49,410 nucleotides of DNA, from contig MU271224.1 of NCBI GenBank assembly GCA_021432655.1, forward strand, positions 87,084 to 136,493, written 5' to 3'. Every line of letters starts with the position of its first letter. Position 1 is the first letter of the stretch. Positions 14,808 through 26,354 of this stretch are shown one piece after another. The notes below the pieces were generated by a model, which was not told where the DNA came from, did not search any database, and saw only the letters and a program-made list of their open reading frames with translations. The position numbers and the translations under genes were made by a program. This DNA is from Atractiella rhizophila (Eukaryota).

Positions 14808-17204
14808 TCACAATGCATACACTATAACACATAGCTGGGGTGCGTCCATGAGACTCGCTGACACAGCGTGACTGTCCAAACCAAACTGTAAGCGCCTTGG
14901 GAGTTGGGCTGATGAACGGGAAGCGCGAGGTAGATCTCTTCCGAAACTCAGCTGAACTTTTGGGAGGTTGGGATACGCAAACTTGAAAATGGTGTACTCT
15001 GGTAAGTGTACCTCCGATCCATGAGCAAGTAACATACGCGCCAAGCTTCGAAAGTTACGATACTCAAAAAGGGCAGTGAGACTACTGGGAAGGCATGATA
15101 GTGCACAATAATGTCTGCTGAAAGTCTGAAAGCTCAGGACATCGATCCGTAGATAAGAGTATCTGTTTGGGAAATTGATCAGAGAAATGGATGACCTAAA
15201 CAATTGAAACACACCATTTCATCCTCAAAATCATTCACTCTTTTGATCCACTTCGTTCCCATATATGCTAAGTGTTTTGCGACTTCGACAATCCTGTAAC
15301 AAAGTCATTCCAAAAAAAATAAATTTGATAACTGCATACCTCAAGACGTCCTGTTCAAAAGTTGGAAACCGCTTAGTCCACCTGGCGAGATCCCGCCAAC
15401 CGTCTCTGAGCACATCCAATGTCTCCACCGCACTAAATTGTATTCCGAGGGAACCAGTTATGACAGGCTCTCGATTACGATTTAAAATTATGGCTGCGTA
15501 TTCTACCGAAAGAGCGATCTGCTTGTCTCGCAGAGCATCGAGCTCTTCTGATGGTGGAGAGATGGCGTGGAGGGCAAACAAATTGCTTGCTTCAAGCGCT
15601 CTATTTGTTACTGACACTTGAAAGTCCTCATCCCCCCACGGACTTGAGACGATTGAGGAAGAGGAAGAAGCCGGGTTGAGCTGAAAATTCGTTGTTCGCC
15701 ATTTGCTGTATGCAAGCAAACGTTCTAATAGTTCTCTGCGTTGTACCTCGTCGTTGAACACGCGCAGCTGACAGATGGCGCGGCGAGACCATATCTAGAT
15801 CGTACTTAAGCAAAGATCTAACAACAGGGAATTGGAAAGACACCTGGTTACCCCAGTCAAAGTTGCCCACCATGGTCTTGGATATATTCGTGGGAAACGT
15901 GCGCGACGTAAGGAAGTAGGGATCGAGGAACAACTTAGGGGAGAGCTCTGGCGCCCAAGAATACTTCAAGATGTGATGTTTTGTGCTAGTAACAGATCAG
16001 TTCTGAACCAAGGAATGAATCATCGCACATCATCGGAACCCCTCCGCCAAAGAACCGCAGGCGGGAATCCATATTGATCAGGTGAATGAAGGCTAAGCCA
16101 ACAAGGTGTCCTCTCTCCTCCTCATCCTTCGCCGAATCCCACAACCGCTGAAAGATATCAAATGCTATTAGAATAAGTTCGTCGAGATAGTTGTACACCA
16201 AGTCGGTCGGTTCGTTTCGAAAGAAATATAACAGGTTTACGATAATGGTCAGAGATTGCTCAGTACAATGTCTGAGTGGGCTGTCATGCGCTGTTGCGAG
16301 GCGGAGGCAAGCGGCCGTTAGAGTTCCTTTTGCGTTGCTCCGTGCTTCGCCGGTTTTGCGAAGGTCCAAAGGGCGGTCATGCGCGGATTGTAATGGGAGG
16401 GCAGAGAGAGCATGCGTGCCGACTATCGCCTGTTTAAAGTGAGGTAAGAATGGGGAGGCTGAATCCAAGAAGTTGTCACGCACTGAGTGTGGTGATACGA
16501 AAGCCCCGCGAGCGAGAAAAATTGCAAGCCAAATCTGGCAGTTATTTTGGTAAGATAAGGCAATAGACAAAATAATCACTTAACCCACTTCTGCATATTG
16601 TCCTAAAGAAGAGGAATTATCCTTAAGCTGTGAGTAACTGGTCCAGTTGAGGCCAAGGCCAGCATCCTGCTGTACAGAGATCTGAATAGCGGCATCAAGC
16701 GAGCCGACTAGAGTGAACCACTGTCATCAGCCAACCGAAAAATTGCAGGCGCAACACTGACGATACAAAAGGTGGTCTCCCAGACTGAAGACCAACTGCG
16801 TTTCCCCCAACCTAGAATCAAGAGAGGAAAATCCAAGTCGGACCCCTGACGGTTCCTCACTGGATTCGTGCGTTTCTACAACTGTCGCTTTTGACTTTCC
16901 TCCCTTCTTCTGTAAAGCATTCACGAAATCCTTGGATGAAGTAAATGTCTTCTTATCAGTGGGTAGGTCTATCCCGGTTCCATATTGTCCACGGCGGCCT
17001 TTCTTCAACGGGCGTTTCCGTCCACCAGAAACTACAGCGCAACTGTTGGCTCCGGGTCATTTACGGGCATCGGAGGCGAGAAAGGAGGACGTACGGAACA
17101 TCATCCAGTTTACAACGATCACAAGCAATCTGTCCGCGAGTTTTTGTGCATTTTATGCCGAGAGATCGACAGTGCTCGCACGTAATTGGAATTGATAACT
17201 CCAT
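14808..17204 (-). CDS. Zn(II)2Cys6 fungal transcription factor; multi-exon, both ends approximate
   Basis: Exon 17204-17095 spliced across intron 17043-17094 gives ITCEHCRSLGIKCTKTRGQIACDRCKLDDVPC (C-x2-C-x6-C-x8-C-x2-C-x6-C), followed by basic RKRPLKKGRR. Downstream helical exons correspond to ORFs at 16727, 15986, 15628, 15231 and 14808. Confidence 0.82.
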
Positions 17205-18441
17205 TCTAAGTCCTCCGAGTTGCTTTTTGGGCAGGACCTAAAATTTGTTGTATGCCTCATCACTCTGGAACTCATCTTGGAAGCGAAAACAGATGAAAGG
17301 TGTAACAGCAGGCTTTGCAAAGTTCCCGAAAAACGCAGGCATAACATGGGCTTGGGAGCTTGCACCACTGGGATAAGGCCCTAACATAACGTAGGTTCAT
17401 ATGGGCATGGACTGAGCTCTGGCTATTCTCAGCGGGAGCACGATCACCAATAGAGGACGGGAAGGAAGCACCCGCAAAACATAGCCAGCAGTGCAGGTGC
17501 ATGTGAAATATTTTGATAGGCAATGGGGTACCTGGCTAGTAGATCATTAAGATGGATGTATGAATATGGCAAGCTACTGTGCTGTTCATTGTACGTGCAG
17601 CTTCTAAATACTGTCAATGCTCACAATTTCAATTTTAACAAATGAACTTGAAACAGTGGCGCTTCCCAACACTTCCTTACCGAAATGTCGTAAGACGAGG
17701 AATGCTTGACAGCCGACCATCCATTACAAATATTCACAAAGAAACCGACGTACCTTTAAAAGAAGTCGGTAGGTTTTAGCCAGATCTCCTTGAGCTCCAA
17801 AAGGCAAGTCCTTACCTGTGCTTTCTTTATGATACCTCTCTCGATTAACAAACACACGCTGAACTTCTTTCACCCCTATGTCTCAGATAACTCCATCCAA
17901 CTCCAGTCTTTGCGTAATGTGTAAGCTGTTTCACGTTTGTCACTGTTCTGTCATGTTCCGGGAGACATTGACAATACAGGCTGCGCTTCGCTCCCGCGTT
18001 CAACTGAATTCTTCCCATCAGTGCTGCAGCAGCTCTCATGCAGGTCTCATGTTCTCAGCCGCAAGGCGATGGAGAATGGACAAATCAAAGCTATGTTCGC
18101 TTGAATCCAAGGTGCACGCGAGGTGCACGGCCTGTTCAAGAATTCCAGGCAACCTTTGGGCATCACGTGTACCTTCGCACATCCTGCAGGAAGGTTTCCA
18201 CGCTCTCCTTCCTTGCCTTTATGATATACATCTAAAGCGGATATCTGAGTAATGTATTTATGTACTTATTCGCGTTACCTGAACGAGGAAATGGCGGAGG
18301 CATCGTAAAACCTCATATTCCCCGAGCTGCAAGGCGTTGATGTATGGGGAAGTCGGACAGAAAGAGCCACTTCGTTGCCATGATTTATGTCATAATCAAG
18401 GCTTTTAAGTGAGCAGCCTGCTTAAGCGGTAATCGACAGCC

Positions 18442-19518
18442 CTAGAAATATCCAGCTCCCAAATATCTCCGCAGGATTCCTCGGCCGTCTGGATACCGCT
18501 TCTTCATCCATGCCTTTTCCTCCTCATCCACCGCTACGATTTCGAACAGCTGGCGAAGGTTAGGGAGGAGGAGGAGAGCTGTGACGAGGAATTCGGGAAG
18601 GATTTGCAGGAGGTAAAACTCGACTTTCCCTCCAAGAGCGAAGAGAGAGGTCGTGCCTGTTCCCTTCACTAGTCGATAGATAGGAACGATGAGCTGATTA
18701 AACCTATGTTAACGGCCGCGATAAAGCCTTTTAGACAAGGAGGAATGTACCAGAATCAAATCACCAGCAAGCAGCAGAAGTGTTGATTTTCTTGAGCCGT
18801 ATACCTTGTTCTTGGAAGTGAAGACGAGGACTGGTACGATGAGAGCGAGTACTAGCCCAAGAGCACCGAGCGTGAGGGAAGCTGAGACCACGCTGCGGAG
18901 TTCACAAGTTTAGTGTTTGGTAAAGAAAGCATGAAGGGATGAGGAGCATACCGAAGCGTACGCACTGAACCACGCTTACTCGATGAGTATCGCGAAGCAG
19001 CAACGATGGCGCAAATAACGGCCGCCTCGAGAGCTTGAGCTGATACCCAGCCTAGGACGCGACGAATCATGTCCTTCCTGCTCCCAGGATGTTCGACAAG
19101 GCCCACGAGCTTGTACTGATTACCGATTGGTGAACGGCGAACGGTCAATTCTTAAGTGAGAGGAATAGTGAACAATAAGGGACGTACCCGAAAGAAGAGG
19201 TCGAAAATAGTCGAACCAACGCGATATAGCCTGTGGATAGCAACACCTGCTCTCCAACAATCACTCCAGTATCTATCCTTCCCTCATGTTCCGAGATGAC
19301 AAGTCGGATGATGAAAGTTGTCATTCGTATCAAGATGAACAGGACAAGATAGATGAGGAACTTCGTCCTCGATTCCGGCTTCATGAATCGCCAAAGGGCA
19401 ACAGGAAGAAGGAGTGTGTAGGCGGCGAGGAAGACGGATGAGGCGGCGGTATCTTGGCCATGGAGGGGTAACCACCAAGGAGGGAGACGTTGTTCCAACT
19501 CGGGTTGGTTGAAGACAT
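18442..19518 (-). pseudogene. 7-TM family paralog C, full-length copy with two 1-nt deletions in exon 1 (pseudogene or sequencing error)
   Basis: Homologous to A/B and ends YPDGRGILRRYLGAGYF. Relative to the duplicate, a G5 run is G4 at 19465-19468 and an A3 run is A2 at 19214-19215 (+ strand), breaking the frame. Confidence 0.7.
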
Positions 19519-20682
19519 AATTCAATTGATGATATATCTTGAGAGGGAAAGTGGTGCACATCGCTGAGAGCCTTTTGTGCAAATCCCATTCTCGCGAACA
19601 AGGCCCGATGCCGCCTTCGAGCGAACTGGACACCCTGCGGATATAAACACACCACAGGAAGGATTTGTTCCTTCAAACTCTATCCATCTTAATCGAGATC
19701 TCCGCGCCGTTCCATGTCCTGCACCTGCCCAACAATGATGTGGTTGGAAGAAGGAACTGCCCTGCCATCAGCTGAAGTGGAACTGTTTAGTGCGGATGCG
19801 TTGCGAACATAGATGAAGCAAAATCTCAAAAAATAGAAAGCATGGATCTGTAATATCTGTGGACAAAGCAAGACAGAGATCTGGATCCTTCGAAATTTCT
19901 GATACCTTTCTTGCAGCAAAAGCAAGATAAAGTCCGTGGGAGATCACATTCATGTAACAGGAAAAAAATGGAGCATAGGAATGGGAGAGTGGCACGTAAG
20001 AGCAAACGAAAACTTCACTTCCTCATTGTTCAGCTCCGTTTCAATCAACTCGAAAGACGTAAGTTGTACAAGAGTGTGAACAAATTGAAGGATCCGACAT
20101 TCTACACATTTAATCATTGAATATCCTACATCGTTGTCCACGTTTGATGTGCCTGAAGATGTATTTCCTTGAGTCTCTTCACGAGATGCAGGTAGTGCAG
20201 GAAGGTCAAGTTGGGTGAATTCAGAAAACGTTCAGACCATTCCGCAGGTTGCTCAGCAAATGTGTCAAGAAACTCAAGTAAATTCAGCGAGTTCAAATTG
20301 AAGAATAATGCACCTGGTTGCTATGATGTATACGAGCATCAAATGTAATCTGAGCAACTGTATGCAAAATACAAGCGTATGGCTTCGCATGCGCACGGAT
20401 TCCAGAGATCCCAAAAGAGAAGGGGAACTCAATCATATCCAGATCTCTTGAAACACTGAGTCTGTACACCATTCATCGCCTTCTTCAAATTCAACCCATC
20501 TCCCCGCTCTTCCTCAGCTTACATATACCTGGCCTATATCCCTGTCATAAACACCAGGTTTTAGAAGTTAGAAGAGCGAGCACAAATGAACATGACTCAC
20601 AGAAACAATCATGAACAATTACGACTTGTTAACGACGAATTGCCATCTCCTCTGCGACCATTTGCACTCCGAAAATCGAGAG

Positions 20683-22280
20683 ATGGACGACTTTGAGACT
20701 GACCCTGACCTCCTCACTGGCCCTATGCCTTCCCGGCCGAACAATGGGCTGGGCGGGTTAGACGCCTTGGGTGGAAGAGATGAAGAAGAAGAGGTCCCCG
20801 TCCCACGTCGACGAGCAGGGAACCGTTCGTCGTCCAAGCGTCTTTCTCTTGCTTTTGAGCTGGCAAGCGCGATGGCGGACGATGGGGACAGTATTGGCAA
20901 TCGATTGCTAGAGGAAGAGTTCGGTATAAAAGAGGAGGAAGAGCCGGAAGAAGGGGAGGAGGACGAGAGTGATTTTGAAGGTCGAGAGGGGGTCGAGGAG
21001 TTTGATGAGTCCCAGTATGCGAATGAAGGAGGTGAGAGGCTCGGAGAGGCGTTTGAGATGGATCAGAGAAGAAGCAATGGGATTGAAGAAGACGAGGAAG
21101 AGGAGCGCAGGGATTCGTTAGCAACGACGCCGATCAAACATGCGCGCTCATCTCTCTCTCCCGGTCTAGCAAACGGTACTCCATCTTCGGTTCAAGCGCA
21201 AGCGCACATGCATCAGCGTTCTCCATCTCGCGCACACCTCACTCCTACCACAAACGGTCGCGAAACGCCAGACCCAGACGCGACTTTTCTCTCCGCCTCC
21301 GCCGCGCTCGAGGAGTCGCTCGCTCACACTCAAACATTCTTGACGCGCCTACGCACCCACTCAACCGTCGAAGTTTCGCCCGAAGGCGTCGTTCGTGGCG
21401 TGTCAGCAGAGACGGATGTCGCATTTGTCGATCGGCAACCGATGGTGGAGAAGCTGGTGTATGACACGGTGCGCACCTTGTATGATACTTCGAAGGAGCG
21501 GGAGGGACAAATAAGAGAGCTACGAGAGGCGGAGAGGGAGGCTGGGAAGCAGGATAAATCATGGCAGGATGTGCTTGGTGGATTGGAGGAGCTCCCAAAG
21601 TTTGAGTGGGAGAAGGAGGACTTCCTTGCTGCTGTGGAACCGTTAGAAGATGAGGACATAGATGGAGATGTAGAGGGATTGGGAGATCATGACGATGAGG
21701 AACGGAGGACGCCGATCCATGCCAATGGAACGAAACGATCACGGTCATCTTCCGAATCAAGCTACGGAGAAGTGATCCCTCCCACCTCCCCTCTTTCCAT
21801 CCAAAACGCGAACGGTTTCCCCCTCCCCTCCCTATCCGCACCGCAAACGGTGTCTCCCATACTCTCCCTTCGTTCAATCACCTCAGGACTCATCTCCCAA
21901 CTGTCACGCATCAATGAGTCAAATCAAGTCTTCGCTGCCCAAACCTCGGATGCCGGTCGTAAACTCAAACATTTGAGGGGAGTTCTTGCGACCTGGAAAG
22001 AGGAGTTGAGGAGCGTGGAGAGGAGTAAAGAGGCGATCGAGGAGTGGGAGAAGGAGGAGTTGAAGGTTAAAGGGGGCGGATGGGGAAAGCAGGCCAAGTA
22101 TGAGATGGAGATGGCGAGATTGGCTTTGGAGAAGGCGGGTGAGAGGTGCGTCTTATTAATTTCAACTCCCATATTCAGGATGTGTTGTTGATTGGCGTTT
22201 GTGATGACAGTGAGCAGTATAGAGCGCTAGTGAGGGACAAAGAGAAGGAAGAAACGGCTTCGACTCAGACACCGAGTTGA
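20683..22280 (+). CDS. Hypothetical protein with acidic/disordered N-terminus and C-terminal coiled coil, copy 1 (intron 22146-22210)
   Basis: Long ORF; likely start MDDFETDPDLL (upstream ATG at 20611 also in frame). SLAFELA motif and a heptad-rich C-terminus. A GT-AG intron adds a last exon ending ..TQTPS*. Confidence 0.85.
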
Positions 22281-22402
22281 ATCGTTTGCTGTTCACCCGC
22301 GTAGCTGCCTTCATTCTCACTATGTCCGTCCTTCATTCCCAATCCGCAATGGTAAAGCTGACCCATCTCAGTAGGTCCAGCAACCGTCCCTCAAAGGAGG
22401 GT

Positions 22403-22915
22403 TTACATAATAACGGCCGCCTCGAGAGCTTGAGCTGATACCCAGCCTAGGACGCGACGAATCATGTCCTTCCTGCTCCCAGGATGTTCGACAAGGCCCA
22501 CGAGCTTGTACTGATTACCGATTGGTGAACAGCGAACGGTCAATTCTTAAGTGAGAGGAATAGTGAACAATAAGGGACGCACCCGAAAGAAGAGGTCGAA
22601 AATAGTCGAAACCAACGCAATATAGCCTGTGGATAGCAACACCTGCTCTCCAACAATCACTCCAGTATCTATCCTTCCCTCATGTTCCGAGATGACAAGT
22701 CGGATGATGAAAGTTGTCATTCGTATCAAGATGAACAGGACAAGATAGATGAGGAACTTCGTCCTCGATTCCGGCTTCATGAATCGCCAAAGGGCAACAG
22801 GAAGAAGGAGTGTGTAGGCGGCGAGGAAGACGGATGAGGCGGCGGTATCTTGGCCATGGAGGGGGTAACCACCAAGGAGGGAGACGTTGTTCCAACTCGG
22901 GTTAGTTGAAGACAT
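22403..22915 (-). CDS. 7-TM family paralog C, 3'-truncated duplicate (exons 22915-22583 and 22510-22403; ~146 aa)
   Basis: Exon 1 is intact (MSSTNPSWNNVSLLGGYPLHGQDTAAS..DLFFR). Exon 2 is cut by the duplication junction and reads ..EAAVI-M-stop. Confidence 0.75.
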
Positions 22916-24079
22916 AATTCAATTGATGATATATCTTGAGAGGGAAAGTGGTGCACATCGCTGAGAGCCTTTTGTGCAAATCCCATTCTCGCGAACAAGG
23001 CCCGATGCCGCCTTCGAGCGAACTGGACACCCTGCGGATATAAACACACCACAGGAAGGATTTGTTCCTTCAAACTCTATCCATCTTAATCGAGATCTCC
23101 GCGCCGTTCCATGTCCTGCACCTGCCCAACACTGATGTGGTTGGAAGAAGGAACTGCCCTGCCATCAGCTGAAGTGGAACTGTTTAGTGCGGACGCGTTA
23201 CGACCATAGATGAAGAAAAATCTCAAAAAATAGAAAGCATGGATCTGTAATATCTGTGGACAAAGCAAGACAGAGATCTGGATCCTTCGAAATTTCTGAT
23301 ACCTTTCTTGCAGCAAAAGCACGATAAAGTCCGTGGGAGATCACATTCATGTAACAGGAAAAAAATGGAGCATAGGAATGGGAGAGTGGCACGTAAGAGC
23401 AAACGAAAACTTCACTTCCTCATTGTTCAGCTCCGTTTCAATCAACTCGAAAGACGTAAGTTGTACAAGAGTGTGAACAAATTGAAGGATCCGACATTCT
23501 ACACATTTAATCATTGAATATCCTGCATCGTTGTCCACGCTTGATGTGCCTGAAGATGTATTTCCTTGAGTCTCTTCACGAGATGCAGGAAGTGCAGGAA
23601 GGTCAAGTTGGGTGAATTCAGAAAACGTTCAGACCATTCCGCAGGTTGCTCAGCAAATGTGTCAAGAAACTCAAGTAAATTCAGCGAGTTCAAATTGAAG
23701 AATAATGCACCTGGTTGCTATGATGTATACGAGCATCAAATGTAATCTGAGCAACTGTATGCAAAATACAAGCGTATGGCTTCGCATGCGCACGGATTCC
23801 AGAGATCCCAAAAGAGAAGGGGAACTCAATCATATCCAGATCTCTTGAAACACTGAGTCTGTACACCATTCATCGCCTTCTTCAAATTCAACCCATCTCC
23901 CCGCTCTTCCTCAGCTTACATATACCTGGCCTATATCCCTGTCATAAACACCAGGTTTTAGAAGTTAGAAGAGCGAGCACAAATGAACATGACTCACAGA
24001 AACAATCATGAACAATTACGACTTGTTAACGACGAATTGCCATCTCCTCTGCGACCATTTGCACTCCGAAAATCGAGAG

Positions 24080-25677
24080 ATGGACGACTTTGAGACTGAC
24101 CCTGACCTCCTCACTGGCCCTATGCCTTCCCGGCCGAACAATGGGCTGGGCGGGTTAGACGCCTTGGGTGGAAGAGATGAAGAAGAAGAGGTCCCCGTCC
24201 CACGTCGACGAGCAGGGAACCGTTCGTCGTCCAAGCGTCTTTCTCTTGCTTTTGAGCTGGCAAGCGCGATGGCGGACGATGGGGACAGTATTGGCAATCG
24301 ATTGCTAGAGGAAGAGTTCGGTATAAAAGAGGAGGAGGAGCCGGAAGAAGGGGAGGAGGATGAGAGTGATTTTGAAGGTCGAGAGGGAGACGAGGAGTTC
24401 GATGAGACCCAGTATGCGAATGAAGGAGGTGAGAGGCTCGGAGAGGCGTTTGAAATGGATCAGAGAAGAAGCAATGGGATTGAAGAAGACGAGGAAGAGG
24501 AGCGCAGGGATTCGTTAGCAACGACACCGATCAAACATGCGCGCTCATCTCTCTCTCCCGGTTTAGCAAACGGCACTCCATCTTCAGTTCAAGCGCAAGC
24601 GCACATGCACCAGCGTTCTCCCTCTCGTGCACATCTCACTCCTACCACAAACGGTCGCGAAACGCCAGACCCAGACGCGACTTTTCTCTCCGCCTCCGCC
24701 GCGCTCGAGGAGTCGCTCGCTCACACTCAAACATTCTTGACGCGCCTACGCACCCACTCAACCGTCGAAGTTTCGCCCGAAGGCGTCGTTCGTGGCGTGT
24801 CAGCAGAGACGGATGTCGCATTTGTCGATCGGCAACCGATGGTGGAGAAGCTGGTGTATGACACGGTGCGCACCTTGTATGATACTTCGAAGGAGCGGGA
24901 GGGACAAATAAGAGAGCTACGAGAGGCGGAGAGGGAGGCTGGGAAGCAGGATAAATCATGGCAGGATGTGCTTGGTGGATTGGAGGAGCTCCCAAAGTTT
25001 GAGTGGGAGAAGGAGGACTTCCTTGCTGCTGTGGAACCGTTAGAAGATGAGGAGATAGATGGAGATGTAGAGGGATTGGGAGATCATGACGATGAGGGAC
25101 GGAGGACGCCGATCCATGCCAATGGGACGAAACGATCACGGTCATCTTCCGAATCAAGCTACGGAGAAGTGATCCCTCCCACCTCCCCTCTTTCCATCCA
25201 AAACGCGAACGGTTTCCCCCTCCCCTCCCTATCCGCACCGCAAACGGTGTCTCCCATACTCTCCCTTCGTTCAATCACCTCAGGACTCATCTCCCAACTG
25301 TCACGCATCAATGAGTCAAATCAAGTCTTCGCTGCCCAAACCTCGGATGCCGGTCGTAAACTCAAACATTTGAGGGGAGTTCTTGCGACCTGGAAAGAGG
25401 AGTTGAGGAGCGTGGAGAGGAGTAAAGAGGCGATCGAGGAGTGGGAGAAGGAGGAGTTGAAGGTTAAAGGGGGCGGATGGGGAAAGCAGGCCAAGTATGA
25501 GATGGAGATGGCGAGATTGGCTTTGGAGAAGGCGGGTGAGAGGTGCGTCTTATTAATTTCAACTCCCATATTCAGGATGTGTTGTTGATTGGCGTTTGTG
25601 ATGACAGTGAGCAGTATAGAGCGCTAGTGAGGGACAAAGAGAAGGAAGAAACGGCTTCGACTCAGACACCGAGTTGA
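24080..25677 (+). CDS. Hypothetical acidic/coiled-coil protein, copy 2
   Basis: Duplicate of 20683-22280; four amino-acid differences seen (V/D, S/T, D/E, E/G), other SNPs synonymous. Confidence 0.85.
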
Positions 25678-26354
25678 ATCGTTTGCTGTTCACCCGCGTA
25701 GCTGCCTTCATTCTCACTATGTCCGTCCTTCATTCCCAATCCGCAATGGTAAAGCTGACCCATCTCAGTAGGTCCAGCAACCGTCCCTCAAAGGAGGGTT
25801 TACATAGTGAAGCAGACTTTGGTTACTTCGTCGTACATATACCTTTCCTTAGAAAACCTCCTTGTTGATGACCTTTTCGATCTACCGTTTGCTTTGGTCT
25901 ACATGTTGGAGGGCATTATGCGTAATAGTCGTTAATATCATTTTCTTTCGTGGCGTTCGGCATCGAAGTGGTGAATTGTGAAGCAACTTGAAAGATAGAA
26001 AATAATCCGATGAAGATGAAGATGGTTAACGATCCTTCATGTTGACGTATTTCTTTTCAAAGGGTTCACGCATTCATGACAAGCTGTGACGAGTCTCCTT
26101 CATGGAATTCAGAGCTACTTGAAAAATGCTGCTCGAGTCCTGCTATTACGTCACCATCGAATACCAGTAGACTTCCAGCGCGACAAGCCCATTGTCTCAT
26201 TGGCTATGTAATTCCGTGATAGGCAGATACACGACACTCTGATTGGTATTCTGAACAATCGTTTTCGTTGCAAGGGGATTTAGCAATTTTGAACAAGTTG
26301 GGTATACAACAAGCAATGCGTGAACTAAAACGTTTCATCGAGTTCGGAATGGGT

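Larger units (their letters stand above)
19014..25806. repeat. Direct tandem segmental duplication, ~3.4 kb unit (copy 1 19014-22409, copy 2 22409-25806), ~99% identical
   Basis: Sequence from 'aataacggccgcctcgag' to 'gagggtttacata' recurs at offset 3395-3397. The junction gtttacat[a]ataacggcc shares a single base. Confidence 0.97.

Noticed and set aside
19014..25806. Duplication as a transposon/LTR element or RIP target
   Set aside because: No TIRs, LTR ends, TSD or transposase/RT motifs. SNPs include transversions and are bidirectional.
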